NCBI RefSeq assembly: GCF_006345805.1
Contig: NC_042998.1
Span: 204,290,001 to 204,354,000 of the forward strand
Direction of reading: 5' to 3'
Length of the DNA stretch: 64,000 nucleotides
Source of the DNA: Octopus sinensis
Lineage: Eukaryota
This document shows, one piece after another, positions 49,151-61,914 of the stretch; within the stretch, counting starts at the first letter, position 1, and each line of letters opens with the position of its first letter. A program made the position numbers and the translations under genes. The notes below the pieces were generated by a model. The model was not told the origin of the DNA, ran no database searches, and worked only from the letters and a program-made list of their open reading frames with translations.

Positions 49151-49503
49151 GGCGAAAATAAGAAATATATTCAAGGTGGGTCTGCTCCTGAAACCTCACA
49201 GCTGGGAAACAAACATCTTAACCATGCAGTCATATCTCCTGCACCTGTAATCACCTGTAATACTAACGAAGTATGACTGGGTGTATGTGGTGTGGAGCGG
49301 GGGTGGGGCGGGGGGAGTAATTTCTTTTTGAAATTGCATTTCAATTAAAACATTTGATTCTTTGGACAGTGTAAAAGTCTACCTTGGTAGCAATGGGAAA
49401 TCTTAGGAGATGACATCTCTGAAAGTCATGTTCTTTTCTGCCCACTTGTCACCTTTTCTCCATTGAGAACATCAGTGATACATCAAACATTATTACATCT
49501 TCA

Positions 49504-49904
49504 TCTCTCTCTATATATATATAAAGCTGAAGTTGTTTGTGTATGGCAGGTTTGGTAGCCTTCAACCAACACTATCTCCTCTGAGACCCTGCGGCACAAG
49601 TTGACCAAAATTGAGAGTATGATGGAAGAAGGATTGCTCTTCATTCCGTAGAAGAAAAAATTCAAATCGGACCATGTTAACACCATAAATTATTTACATC
49701 AAAAAGATGCTTTTTTTTTTCTATGAAAATCCCTATTTTTTACGATTTTTTTACTGCTGTGTCGCCATTTTTCGGTGTATTTCAACCGGAAAATTGTTCA
49801 CTCAAAGAGAATAACAAGCTACATAATGCAAAATTTTTACTTTTCAAGAATTCCAATTCTAAAGGGTCGAAACAAACCTGAGCAACGCCGGGCGATACTG
49901 CTAG
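49504..49904 (+). mobile_element. Non-autonomous Helitron, family H1
   Basis: A|TC 5' end; hairpin cctgagcaacgccggg; CTAG|T at 49901-49905. Confidence 0.85.
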
Positions 49905-50484
49905 TAGTTTCTAATGCCAACTCCATCTCCATGTTTAAATCTCCACTCTCTTTGCTTTCAGCCTCTCCCTTACATCTATCTATCTATCTTTCTTTCTTAC
50001 TTTTCCCTCACTCTTTCTCTCTCTCTTGCTTTACATCTTTCTCTATTTGAGTTACCTCCCCTAACAACACATAAGCAATAAGGCAGTTGTACTAAAACGG
50101 ATTATTTTTTTACCAAAAATCTGCATTAATGCAAAAATAAGTAGAAAAGAAAATGGTTTAATCATAAAATAGTCTTTAATCTTTAAAACTTTTACTGATT
50201 TCCACAATAAGTCTACCAAAATATAATTATTGCCTATTGATCTCTCACAAAAATATTGAGCAAGATTTGAGGTGATTTTGAACAGATAGTTCTGATTACT
50301 CCATGAATTCATTATGTCTAGAAAATTAATTTCATACAAAATAATTTAAAATTTAAGAGAAAAGAATTTTTTTGTTTTGTTTTTTGATATTAGAATAAAG
50401 TTTCTATTTTATTAAATCTTGTAATTTAAAAAGATATAAAATGGTCAGGTGAGACACATTTGAAAGAGGACAAGAAGAAGCAGT

Positions 50485-51098
50485 GGCACTCATTTTACAT
50501 ACATCAATGGAATTTGTATCTTTGTGGTACCAGTGCCGGTGGCACACAAGAAAACCATCCAAACGTGGCCGTAGCCAGTACCGCATCAACTGTCCTCCTT
50601 GCTGTGGGCACGTAACAAACACCATCCGATCGTGGCCGTTCGCCACCCTCATCTGGCACCTGTGTCGGTGGCACATAAAAACACCATCCGAGCGTGGCCG
50701 TCTGCCAGCCTCGTCTGGCACCTGTGTCGGTGGCACATAAAATCACCATCCGAGTGTGGCCGTCTGCCAGCCTCGTCTGGCACCTGTGTCGGTGGCACAT
50801 AAAAAACACCATCCGAGCGTGGCCGTCTGCCAGCCTCGTCTGGCACCTGTGTTGGTGGCACATAAAAAACACCATCCGAGCGTGGCCGTTCGCCAGCCTC
50901 GTCTGGCACCTGTGTCGGTGGCACATAAAATCACCCACTACACTCTCGGAGTGGTTGGCGTTAGGAAGGGCATCCAGCTGTAGAAACACTGCCAGATCTG
51001 ACTGGCCTGGTGCAGCCTTCGGGCTCCCCAGACCCCAGTTGAACCGTCCAACCCATGCTAGCATGGAAAGCGGACGTTAAATGATGATGATGATGATG
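50485..51098 (+). mobile_element. RTE LINE 3' end copy with expanded 62-63 bp tandem array
   Basis: Five near-identical units starting at 50621, 50683, 50745, 50808 and 50871, then the conserved tail. Confidence 0.92.
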
Positions 51099-51102
51099 AG
51101 GT

Positions 51103-51515
51103 GCCGGTATGGCTATGTAGTTAAAAAGCATGTTCCCTAACTCTGTGGTCTCCAGTTCAATCTCACTGTATGGTGCCTTGAGCTAGTGTCTTTGAACTAT
51201 AGCACCGGGCCAACCAATGCTTTGTGAGACTTGGTAGACATAAAGTGTATAGAAGCTCATTCTATGTGGGTACGTGCATGTGCACTTATGTCTTGACCTG
51301 ATGTGAGAGCTGTAAACAAGCATCACCATCATACAAGTGGTGTCATTCATTTCCAGCCTTCCTTGAAAAACATGTCTGACCATTAAGAGATATTATCTGG
51401 TTCGGAAACAGGTGGAGGTTGGTGGCAGAAAGGGCATTGAGCAGGGGAAAATCTGCCTCGACTGACCATGCTTGACCCCTATGCAAGCATAGAAAAGGGG
51501 ACATTAAACTGATGT
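51103..51515 (+). mobile_element. SINE family E (RTE-tailed)
   Basis: Same architecture as 18826-19212. Confidence 0.7.
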
Positions 51516-51654
51516 TGATCTTTTGTCTTTTAGATAAATCACTGGAATGGTGTAAGCCTTTCACCAGCATCTTGTAAAATCTCTGCCATTGAGGTGCCAG
51601 TGGGCAGGAGGAGTCCTCGCTACCCTGGACTCGCTAGAAATTGTAGCTAAATGT

Positions 51655-51995
51655 CATCATCATTTAGTATCCATTGTCTATGCTGGCACGAGTTGGACAG
51701 CTTGACCAGGGCTGGCAAGGCTGGAAGGCTACACCAGACCCCAGTCTGATATGGCATGGTTTCTACAGCTGGATGCCCTTCCTAACACCAATTTACTCCA
51801 AGAGTGTAAGCAGTGCTTTTATTTTCCACTGGCACAGGTGCCATTTGTGTGACATCAGTATCTGTCACGACTGTGATTTTGCTCAGCTTGATGGGTCTTC
51901 TTCTTCTCAAGCATGACATAATGCCAAAGGTCTCGGTCATTGCCTCTGTGAGGCCCAACACTCGAAATGTGCTTTTTATGTGCCACCTACATGGT
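51655..51995 (-). mobile_element. RTE LINE 3' end copy
   Basis: Tail plus ORF-end segment (cttcttctcaagcatgac..ggtctcggtcattgcctctgtgaggcccaac). Confidence 0.8.
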
Positions 51996-52137
51996 GTGTG
52001 TGTGTGTGTATTTGGTTGAGAAGCAAAGGTCTTACCACACAGCCACGCATCTGCTTTTATTTAATAATCAGCACAAGGTACTGGGGGTTTTGTCTGCATT
52101 GAAAATCAAGAGAAATCACCATTATCACCAGTATATA

Positions 52138-52192
<55 letters not shown>

Positions 52193-52214
52193 GTGTGTGT
52201 ATGTGTGTATGTAT

Positions 52215-52595
52215 GTGGAGGCACAATGGTTCAGTGGTTAGGGCAGCAGACTCGCGGTCATAGGATCGCAGTTTCAATTCCCAGACCAGGCATTGTGAGT
52301 TTTATTGACCGAAAACACCAAAAGTTCCATGAGGCTCTGGCACAGAGGGGGGTCGGTGAACCCTGCTATACTCTTTCACCACAACTTTCTCTCTTACTTC
52401 CTGTTTCTGTTGTACCTGTATTTCAAAGGGTCAGCCTTGTCACACTCTGTGTCACGCTGAATCTCCCCTGAGAACTACGTTAAGGGTGCACGTGTCTGTG
52501 GGGTGCTCAGCAATTTGCTCGTTAATTTCACAAGAAGGCTGTTCTGTTGATCGGATCAACTGGGACCCTTGTTGTCGTAACTGTTGGAGTGCCGA
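52215..52595 (+). mobile_element. SINE family C variant, full length
   Basis: ggaggcacaatggttcagtggttagggcag..gtttcaattccc head; tail shared with 11418-11738. Confidence 0.8.
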
Positions 52596-52995
52596 AGAGA
52601 TGTGTGTGTGTGTGTGTGTGTGTGTGTAACCACTTGATTTGAAATTAGTTTGATAAGAGGCCAACACAGAAACTCTCAGCCCTGGAGTCACTCTGGAACT
52701 TCTGCCAATCATTAATATACATAACGTATGTAATTGTGTGTGTGTAGTGATATATATATATGTGTGTGTGTGTAATTAGTGTCTGGCATTAATGAATCAA
52801 AAATTAGTTTTCAGAGCGAAAATAACCAAGAATTCTTAGATCAGCCATTTCTGACCAAAATGCCACCCACCCACCCATCCAACTATCCACCCCTCCTCTG
52901 TCATGACGTAAATGATGATGTCAGAGGTGATTGAGCACTCAATAGCCGATGATAAACAGAGAGAGACAGGAAATATAGAAATATAGAGACCAGTC

Positions 52996-53026
<31 letters not shown>

Positions 53027-53774
53027 GAGGAAGCAATTTCCTTCGTTAGCAGGAAAATATCACAAGAAAAATCTGATTCTAATCTGTTAGGGAAGAATTA
53101 TTAATTTGGATGTTTATAGGACTACGTCAGAAAATGAAGTGGTGGGAAGGGGTGGGGTGTTTGGTATCAATGTGTTTACAGTGTAACAGAAGCTCGTTTA
53201 AATTTCACCATTTTACTAAAAGTGCTAATTACGTCCAGTATATTCTTTCAAAGTTTCACTTTACCTCACATCATGAACAACTTAACACATCTTGGAGAGA
53301 GAAACCGACAATTTGCTAGAAATAGCAGCCAAATCTCCCTCAGATTGCACTCTTATGACAAACAAGGCAGCATACATTGGATAATGTAATCTTGGATAGA
53401 CCATCTGCAGGAAAATAGCTGGGATGGTCATGGTTGGAATGTCCTTTATCATAAGGCTGCTGATGTTGGGTTAAACAACACAGCATAAGTTCAATCACAG
53501 AAAGCTGTTTCTATATTTCTTTTGTGTTTGTGTATTTTCTCAAGTTGAAGCGAGATTTCTTTCTCCTGGCAGATGACACCTTTGCACCACCCAAGTGACA
53601 ACCCTCCCTCCTGTCTTGTCCTCCAGGGTTTTCTCCATTGGCAGATGTAGGTCCTGGTGGCTTTACCCCCAATCACTTCATACAATATGCCTTACAGACA
53701 GTTGAGATACTTCTCTGGAGGAGGGAATTTTAGGGGTCTGTACAAGAAGTTGTTGCTGGTGAGGGTTTCGTGAA

Positions 53775-54092
53775 GTTGGAGTACAGATCCCACTTGAACC
53801 CCTTTCGTTGCTTTGGCACATATTTGAGTGTGATCGTTACCAGCGTCGCCTTACTGGCACCTGTGCCCATGCTAGTAGGGTGCCAAGAGCACCATCCGAG
53901 CATGATTATTGCCAGAGCGGCTAACTGGCTTCCGTGCCAGTGGGACATAAAAGACACCATTTGAGCGTGGCCGTTGCCAGTACCGCCGGACTGACCCCTG
54001 TGCCGGTAGCATGTAAAAGCACCCACTACACTCTCGGAGTGGTTGGTGTTAGGAAGGGCATCCAGCTGTAGAAACTCTGCCAGATCAAGATT
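53775..54092 (+). mobile_element. RTE LINE 3' tail copy, modules with truncated tail
   Basis: Module series similar to 6721-7170. Confidence 0.8.
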
Positions 54093-54289
54093 TTGTTTCC
54101 ATTGGCATGCATTTATATTTATGAGGAAGATATAGGACAAAGTATTGAAGGCCGATCCCAAAATGCTGAACCTTATGAAGGAGATGACAGGACTGGGCCA
54201 GGTTGTGCATTGCTGTACTCAAGAAGATCTGCCCACCACAACAGAATTGAAATCCTAAAACCAAGGTGCCCCATAAAAAGCATTGGTGT

Positions 54290-54507
54290 GGGTGTTAGTG
54301 CCACATAAAAACAAGTGGTGCTGATGTCGCATAAAAAGCACCCAGTACACTCTGTTGAGTGGTTGGTGTTAGGAAGGGCATCCAGCCATTGAAACCAAGC
54401 CAAAACAGAGATGGAATCCAGGCACCTCTCCTGCTGGCCAGCTCTTGTCAATTGTTCAACCCATGCCAGCATGGAAAATGGACATTAAATGTTGATGATG
54501 ATGATGT
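54290..54507 (+). mobile_element. RTE LINE 3' tail copy
   Basis: Tail and (gat)n. Confidence 0.8.
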
Positions 54508-54961
54508 AATTAATTCAATTTACGCTACATATTTCAATAGCATGGTAATTATGTGCAAAAAATGTATTACATAATATGACCTGATGCTACCGAACTTTTT
54601 AAATATGCTTTATTACCTGAAATCACCTCAGGTACGACTCATTTTTGCTTGTTGAATGGACTGGAGCAACTTGAAATAAAGTGTCTTGCTCAAGGTCACA
54701 GCACAGTCTGCATGTGTGTGTGTACACGCACACATACAGAGGGAGCCAACCAACAGACCGATTCCTCAAAGAGTATCCCATTTTCTGAAAAGAAGCTGCT
54801 GCCATTGCTTGATTCTCTAAATCTGAGGAACCAGCTGTTTTATTGGTGACAATCTCCATCTGTTATTCTAGGCCACCAAAACTAATAGCTCCAAATTATG
54901 TTTGCATCAGTTCTCTTCCTTCCAAAATCTCTACCCCTGCCCCCCCCCTGCCCTCTCTCTC

Positions 54962-55031
<70 letters not shown>

Positions 55032-55429
55032 TTCTTCACGTCTACAGTTTGTTGTTGTAATGAAATAGTTTTCAGTTATGCAAGGAATGAACAGCTTCAC
55101 AGTGAAAACTAAAATAGTTTTTTGGATCAAATAAAGAAGGAAGGGAAGTTGGCCCTCTTATCAAAATGTGCCTGTCTAGTTTTAAAAGGAACATTTCACA
55201 ATCAGAGTCTTCACAACTTTAAATAGGTCGATTAACTCATTTCTTTGCTCACAGTTGTGAGCTTGACACTAACCACTGAGCCATGCGCCTTCACACACAC
55301 ACACACAACCACACATATATATATAACATAGAAGAATAAAGATTTGGAACCCTCTGATACAATCCAGATCTGGCTTCCCCTACCTGTACAAGTAAACCCT
55401 TGAACAAGGCTGCATAGGAATGTCTAACC

Positions 55430-55720
55430 TGGATGCATATGCACTGGAACCGGGCTGCATGTTGTGTTCTTGAGCAAGACACTATATTTCACGTTGCTCC
55501 AGTTCCCTCAGCTGTAGAAATGAGTTGCGACATCACTGATGCCAAGCTGTATCGGCCCCTTTGCCTTTCCCTTGGATAACATCGGTGGCGTGAAGAGGGG
55601 AGGCCGGTATGCATGGGCGACTGCTGGTCTTCCATAAACAACCTTGCCCAGACTTGTGCCTGGGAGGGTAACTTTCTAGGTACAATCCCATGGTCAGTCA
55701 TGACTGAAGGGGATCTCAGC
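55430..55720 (+). mobile_element. SINE family C core with a different 3' tail
   Basis: gtgttcttgagcaagacactatatttcacgttgctccag core; ends caatcccatggtcagtcatgactgaagggg. Confidence 0.65.
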
Positions 55721-56047
55721 ATATATACATATATATATATATATAAATCAAATTAGAAAAAAATGTCTAATATGAGAAGATGGAATGAACAGGCTTTGTT
55801 ACAAACTGCTACAGTTGTTCTTAATGCATCATTATCTTCTGTTAATTGCTGAATGTTACATAAATTAAACACAATTGTATTTCCTTGTTCCACTTTGTCA
55901 GAGGAATACTAAAAATAGTATTTGGTATGAGTATAAAATGTGGAGAAATGGATGACAAATAAGCAGTGTTTTGACTCTGGTCACCTGAGGATGTGCATGA
56001 ATGTAGCTATTGTTGAATCTTATTAATACTATATTGCATATTATATA

Positions 56048-56198
56048 CGGAGTGGTTGGCGTTAGGAAGGGCATCCAGCTGTAGAAACATTGCCAGATAA
56101 GACTGGAGCCTGGTGCAGCCTCCTGGCTTCCCAGATCCCCGGTCGAACCGTCCAACCCATGCTAGCATGGAGAACGGACGTTAAACGATGATGATGAT
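56048..56198 (+). mobile_element. RTE LINE 3' tail copy
   Basis: Conserved tail and (gat)n. Confidence 0.9.
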
Positions 56199-56431
56199 AT
56201 ATATAGCATTCAGCAATTAGGAGTTGTTAATGATGTATTGAAACGATTGTAGTGATTTGTAATAAAGCCTATTCAGTCCAGCTCCTCATCCTAACATTTT
56301 CCTTTTTTTAATGCCCTGTGAGAATATTTGCAGATTTCCACAGGGATGGCCAGTAACGGATTGGACCGAAGCTTTTCAAAGCACACTATAAAGTTATTGA
56401 CCAGATTTTATACATTCTTTTCTTCTGTTCT

Positions 56432-56812
56432 TTTACTTGTTTCAGTCATTCAACTGCGGCCATGCTGGAGCACCGCTTTTAGTCAAGCAAATCAACCTCA
56501 TGACTTATTCTTTATAAGCCTAGTACTTATTCTATCGGTCTCTCTTGCCAAACCGCTAAGTGACGGGGACATAAACACGCCAGCATCAGTTGTCAAACGA
56601 TGTTGGTGGGGACAAACACAGACACACAAACATATATATATATACATATATGCAACGGGCTTCTTTCAGTTTCCGTCTACTAAATCCACTCACAAGGCTT
56701 TGGTCGTTCCGAGGCTATAGTAGAAGACACTTGCCCAAGGTTTCATGCAGTGGGACTGAACCCAGAACCATGAGGTTGGTAAGCAAGCTACTTACCACAC
56801 AGCCACTCCTAT
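56432..56812 (-). mobile_element. SINE family B, full length
   Basis: Same as 5939-6333. Confidence 0.9.
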
Positions 56813-57030
56813 GGAAAATGTTTTGGTATTATTTATTTACCATTACAGAGAATCAAATAATAATGTTATTTGATTCTCTGTCTGAAGAATTTCTAATAGA
56901 AACTTCCTTCCATGTCTATCCAATGTGTAAAACTTTGTAATGTAATTCCTAGTAGCAAATGAAACATGTGTAATGGTGAATGAATAACTTCCTGTTTTGT
57001 TACATACATACAGACAGACACACACACATG

Positions 57031-57363
57031 TGATGGCTGCCCCCTCGTTATCGAGTATGGCCATTGCACGAAGCTTAACTGTTACTGGTCCTGTGATCGA
57101 GTGTGACTTTTTAGCCCAACTAAAGATCTACAATGTCTTGTACAGAATTGGCAACCAAGACCTTTACCGGTAATAGCCGGCTGTAGTTGTAACTGGGCTT
57201 CATGTACCTTTGCATGTCGTTTAAGTCCTCCTGCCGAATTACACTCTCTTCCACATGCCCAACAGATATGATTAGTATGGTGTGTTACACCACCGCCAGT
57301 GGCCAGGTTATCACTCATCTGTCTCGTTTTATGAGTATGAAGATGACTCTTGAGTCCAGCTTT
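57031..57363 (-). mobile_element. LINE-like 3' fragment encoding tandem C2H2 zinc fingers
   Basis: ..KAGLKSHLHTH..CWACGRECNSAGGLKRHAKVH (57264-57202, C-x2-C-x12-H-x3-H)..CQFCTRHCRSLVGLKSHTRSQ*; followed by tggccatactcgataacgagggggcagccatca. Confidence 0.6.
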
Positions 57364-58066
57364 ATGTATACACACACACATATACATGCATACACACACA
57401 CACATATATAAATGCATACACACACATGCACATACATATATACATTTGTATTTATGGCGAGGAATAGGTTTACGTAACTTTTTGGCTTTCCTGTACAATT
57501 TATGATGAGGGGAAGAATCAGCACATTCCTCAATTGTATGATGATGTTCATTTACAACCATATAATGTCTGGACAAGAGTACACACACACACACACATGC
57601 ACAAACACACACAAACACACACACACACAAACACACACATACACATACGTGATGGATGTCCACACAGTTTCCATTTATCAAAATTCACTCACAAAGTATT
57701 GGTTGGTCTGGGGCTATAGTAGACGACCCTTACCCGAGGTGCCACTCAGTGGCACTGAACTGAAGACCACATGGTTGGGAAGCACACGTCTTTGCCCCAC
57801 AACCACACCCGAATGTCAGCTGATTGTTTGGTAAAGGATCAAATGTTACAAGAGCAAGTGTTGAGTGGCATGACTGGCATGACACAGTTGACTGCACAGA
57901 GCAGTTCTCTTTTACACTTCCTCACACACCAAATATTACTGGTATACTTTACATGGGAAGTTAAAAATCATTAACCCACTTTTCAGCATCTGAAACAAAC
58001 CTAGACATTGTCTTCAACCTCTTATCATTTTGTGCTCATTGTTAGGCCACATTTTATATATATATA

Positions 58067-58453
58067 TTTTGGAGTAAAGATTGTTTGCCAACATAACATG
58101 GCAGTCCTGATTTAGGATGAATGTTGCTGTAATTTAGCCCCAGGAGACATCGTCTCCAGCTGGCTATACGACACGATCTGTGTCCTTATATTCTTGAACA
58201 AGGGAATCTAGTACCCCCACTCAGCTCAAAACAATTATTCTCGGCTGATGAAGAGAAATAACCCAGAAATCGCAATACACAGATATTGTTTTGAGCAGAG
58301 TGGGGGTGCTAGATTCCCTTGTTCGAAAATACAAGGACACAGATCATGTTGTATGGCCAGGTGGAGACGCTTTCTCCTGGAGCTAAATCACAGCAACATT
58401 CGTCCTAAACCAGGACTGCCATGTTATGTTGGCAAACAATCTTTACTCCAAAG
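58067..58453. mobile_element. Fold-back (palindromic) TA-flanked MITE
   Basis: Arms of about 168 bp (58068-58235 and 58285-58452) are reverse complements; 49-nt spacer; TA on both sides. Confidence 0.88.
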
Positions 58454-59324
58454 TACTGTTGCAGAATATCTCTCATTGTGAGATTTAAAAATAGTAATTT
58501 TCTAAAATATATTTTGTATTTAAAGATTCCATAAAGTAAGATTTAGAAAAGAGTGACTCTGTTGCTGCCGTGTTTAGCCTCAAACGAACTCTCTGACGAA
58601 GGATATTGTAGCTGAAACCCTCCCAGTTTTTACAGGATCTAATTTAGTATCCTCTCCTTATTTTCCTGGTGTCTTTGCATCATGTAAGTGATACACATTC
58701 CCTTTTTTTTCTTCCCATCCTTAGAATAACTTAAACTTACAAAAGAAAAGCCTTATATTACTACGAACACCTGAAACAAGGACCCTGGAAACAAACGTGG
58801 ATGTTTAGGACAAACTAATGAAAAATGCTTTGGAGAGGCAAAGAGCTAAGACAAACAGACATGATTTGGAGACTATTTGGCTGCTATTTTAACCAGATCA
58901 AGCAATTATGTTGACGCTGCCTTATTCACTTGTGTTGGAACACGTGTAGAGGCTGGTTACTTTGGCCAGTTAGAAAACGTTTTGCTGAAGTCAACAAGTA
59001 CGTTTATGATAAACTTGTGAGATTTCTCACTTTGTAACAGCATGAAAATCTGTTGCGATAAAATGGACCGAAGAGCAGCAGCTTTCATAGCTTTTAATCT
59101 GCTTACATAAATTATTGATCCCTAAAATAATCAATATATTTGTCAGTGTTGGAGAGAAATATAAGGAGAAGCCATGCTGGTTCTTTTTTTTTTCTTACGA
59201 TGTCTGCCATATCAGTTTTGTGATGAAACCTATCAGTTCTCTTGCATTTTGGCTGTTAACGCAGTGGTGCAGCATGGCAGGTTGTTTCCATTAAGGGCTG
59301 CCTTCATTAAAACATCCTTTTATT

Positions 59325-59520
59325 TGTTTGTCATTTGACTGCACCCATGCTGGAGCACCGCCTTTAGTCGAATAAAATTGACCCCATGACTTATTCTTTG
59401 TAAGTTTAGCACTTATTCTATCACAGTCTTTTGCTGAACTGCTAAGTTACAGGGACGTAAACACACCAACATCGGCTGTTAAGCAATGGTGGGGGGACAG
59501 ACTCACACCTATACATATAT
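59325..59520 (-). mobile_element. SINE family B, 3' half
   Basis: catgctggagcaccgcctttagtcg. Confidence 0.8.
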
Positions 59521-59526
59521 ATATAT

Positions 59527-59830
59527 ATGGAGGCGCAATGGCCCAGTGGTTAGGGCAGCGGACTTGCGGTTGTAGGATCGCGGTTTCAATTCCCAGACCT
59601 GGCGTTGTGAGGGTCTATTGAGCGAAAACACCTAAAAGTTCCACGAGGCTCCAGCAGGGGCGATCCCTGCTGTACTCTTTCACCACAACTTTCTCTCACT
59701 CTTTCTTCTGTTGGCCTGCTCGCTTAGCTTAGCCAGCGGGGTGACGTCATTTGAAGAGTAAAACAATGCGAAGCGCATTGTGACCGGCGATGTGTAGCAA
59801 CATCTGATAGCCTGGTCGGTCACGGTGATC
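59527..59830 (+). mobile_element. SINE family C variant
   Basis: ggaggcgcaatggcccagtggttagggcagcgg..gtttcaattccc. Confidence 0.8.
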
Positions 59831-59859
59831 ACAGTGAGCACTTTCAGGAGAAGCAGGGT

Positions 59860-59990
59860 TAAATTGATTCCACCGAGGTCGACTCTGCCTTTCATCCTTT
59901 TGGGGGTCGATATAATCGACTTAATCTGTTTGTCTGTCCTTGTTTGTCCTCTCTGTGTTTAGCCCTTGTGGGTAGTAAAGAAATAGGTAT
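59860..59990 (+). mobile_element. SINE family A, 3' part
   Basis: ccgaggtcgactctgcctttcatcc..gggtagtaaagaaatagg. Confidence 0.75.
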
Positions 59991-60239
59991 GTAGGGTGGG
60001 GAATATGCTACTGTTTCCTTAACTTTGCATCACATGACAATTGAAAATGACCGTGACCATTGAAGAAGCAGTTGTCATTGATTTCCAGTCTTTTGTGAAA
60101 ACATGTCTGTCCGTGAGGAAATGTTACCTTGCTTGGGAATAAGTGAGGGTTGGTGACAGGAAGAGCATCCGGCCAATAAAACTGCAAGCATGGAAAAGAG
60201 GACGAGCAAACAATGACAATGATCACATACATACACACG

Positions 60240-60641
60240 TACAGCAAAGACCTGTTGAGGCAAACGAAATCAAAATCAATCAAAAACCAATGGAAATTGT
60301 AGTTGTGATACCAGTTCCGATGGCACGTAAAAAGATCCATCCGAACATGGCCGTTGCCAGCGCCGCTTCGACTGGCCCCTGTGCTGGTGGCACATAAAAA
60401 GCACCAACCAATCGTGGCCATTGCCAGCCTCGCCTGGCACCTGTGCTGGTGGCACGTAGAAAGCACCCACTACACTCACGGAGTGGTTGGCATTAGGAAG
60501 GGCATCCAGCTGTAGAAACACTGCCAGATCAGACTGGAGCCTGGTGCAGCCTCCTGGCTTCCCAGACCCTGGTCGAACCGTCCAACCCATGCCAGCATGG
60601 AGAACGGACGTTAAATGATGATGATGATGATGATGATGATG
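60240..60641 (+). mobile_element. RTE LINE 3' end copy
   Basis: gacctgttgaggcaa..aatggaaattg..modules..tail and (gat)n. Confidence 0.9.
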
Positions 60642-60730
<89 letters not shown>

Positions 60731-61410
60731 GCACACTATATTTACACCCACGCACACCTACATTGAAGGAGAAATAAATATACACACTGTACCATTTAAA
60801 AAGAAATCATAAACCACCCCTGCCACTCCCCCACCACTCGTCAAAATGCACTCAGTCTCTCTCCTCCTCCTCCTCCTCCTCCTCTTGACAAGTAGGGTGC
60901 TAAGGAAGTGCTGCTTATGCCTTCCAAGTGCCAACCTAGATGACATGTGCAATACGGATGGTTTTAGTCGTGTGCGAATCACTGCTCCTCCTCTCAAACT
61001 ACTTCCCTATATCTGCATGGGAATCAATGCTTAACGTGTCTTTTAGAATCGGCGCAGAAATTTGGTCAACTTCACTTTGAGGTTTTTAACAAAGGTTTTG
61101 TCCTGCATATTGCTAATTTGTTGCTGTTGTTGTTCATCTTATCTTGGCTGCTATTTCTAACAGCAATAGCCTCCATGTAGAGGTCTTCCTTATTGGCTTG
61201 TTCATAATTACTTTCACTTGGTGGCAATCTTTGACATTTTATTCCAATCAGTGAAGGGTTTCCTTTTCACCCCCCGATGTAATCTTTTGGCTATTGAAAA
61301 TTTTTTAATTACAACTAAATACTAATTAACTAATTAGAAATGGTTTTACAGCCTTTATTCCCAAGAGACCATTCTTAAAAAAAAGAGAAGACACTGTATT
61401 TTATATTCCT

Positions 61411-61411
<1 letters not shown>

Positions 61412-61474
<63 letters not shown>

Positions 61475-61610
61475 GACCATCTTCCATGATGGCATGAGTT
61501 GGACAGTTTGACAGGAGCTGACCAGAGCAGCGCTGGATTCTAGGTGTTGGTTTCGGCAAGGTTTCCACAGCTGGATGCCCTTCCTAATTCCAACCACTCT
61601 GACAGTGTGT
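61412..61610 (-). mobile_element. RTE LINE 3' tail copy with long (CAT)n
   Basis: (atc)n of about 60 nt followed by a diverged tail. Confidence 0.75.
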
Positions 61611-61624
61611 ACTGGCTGCATACA

Positions 61625-61813
<189 letters not shown>

Positions 61814-61914
61814 ATGTCTTTACTCTCTTAGCTAATCTAGCACTTTTCTATTTGTTTAAGCATTAGCGCATAATTATATATATATATATATTTATTTATA
61901 ATCATTAGAAGTTC

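Noticed and set aside
50555-50932. CRISPR-like array
   Set aside because: There are no unique spacers and no cas genes, the context is eukaryotic, and the units are LINE 3'UTR modules.
53560-53730. GC-richer segment resembling a LINE 5'UTR
   Set aside because: There is no second copy, TSD or coding link in the window to support it.
58236-58284. Hammerhead in the MITE spacer
   Set aside because: CTGATGA and GAAA are present but no stem II or stem III can form.
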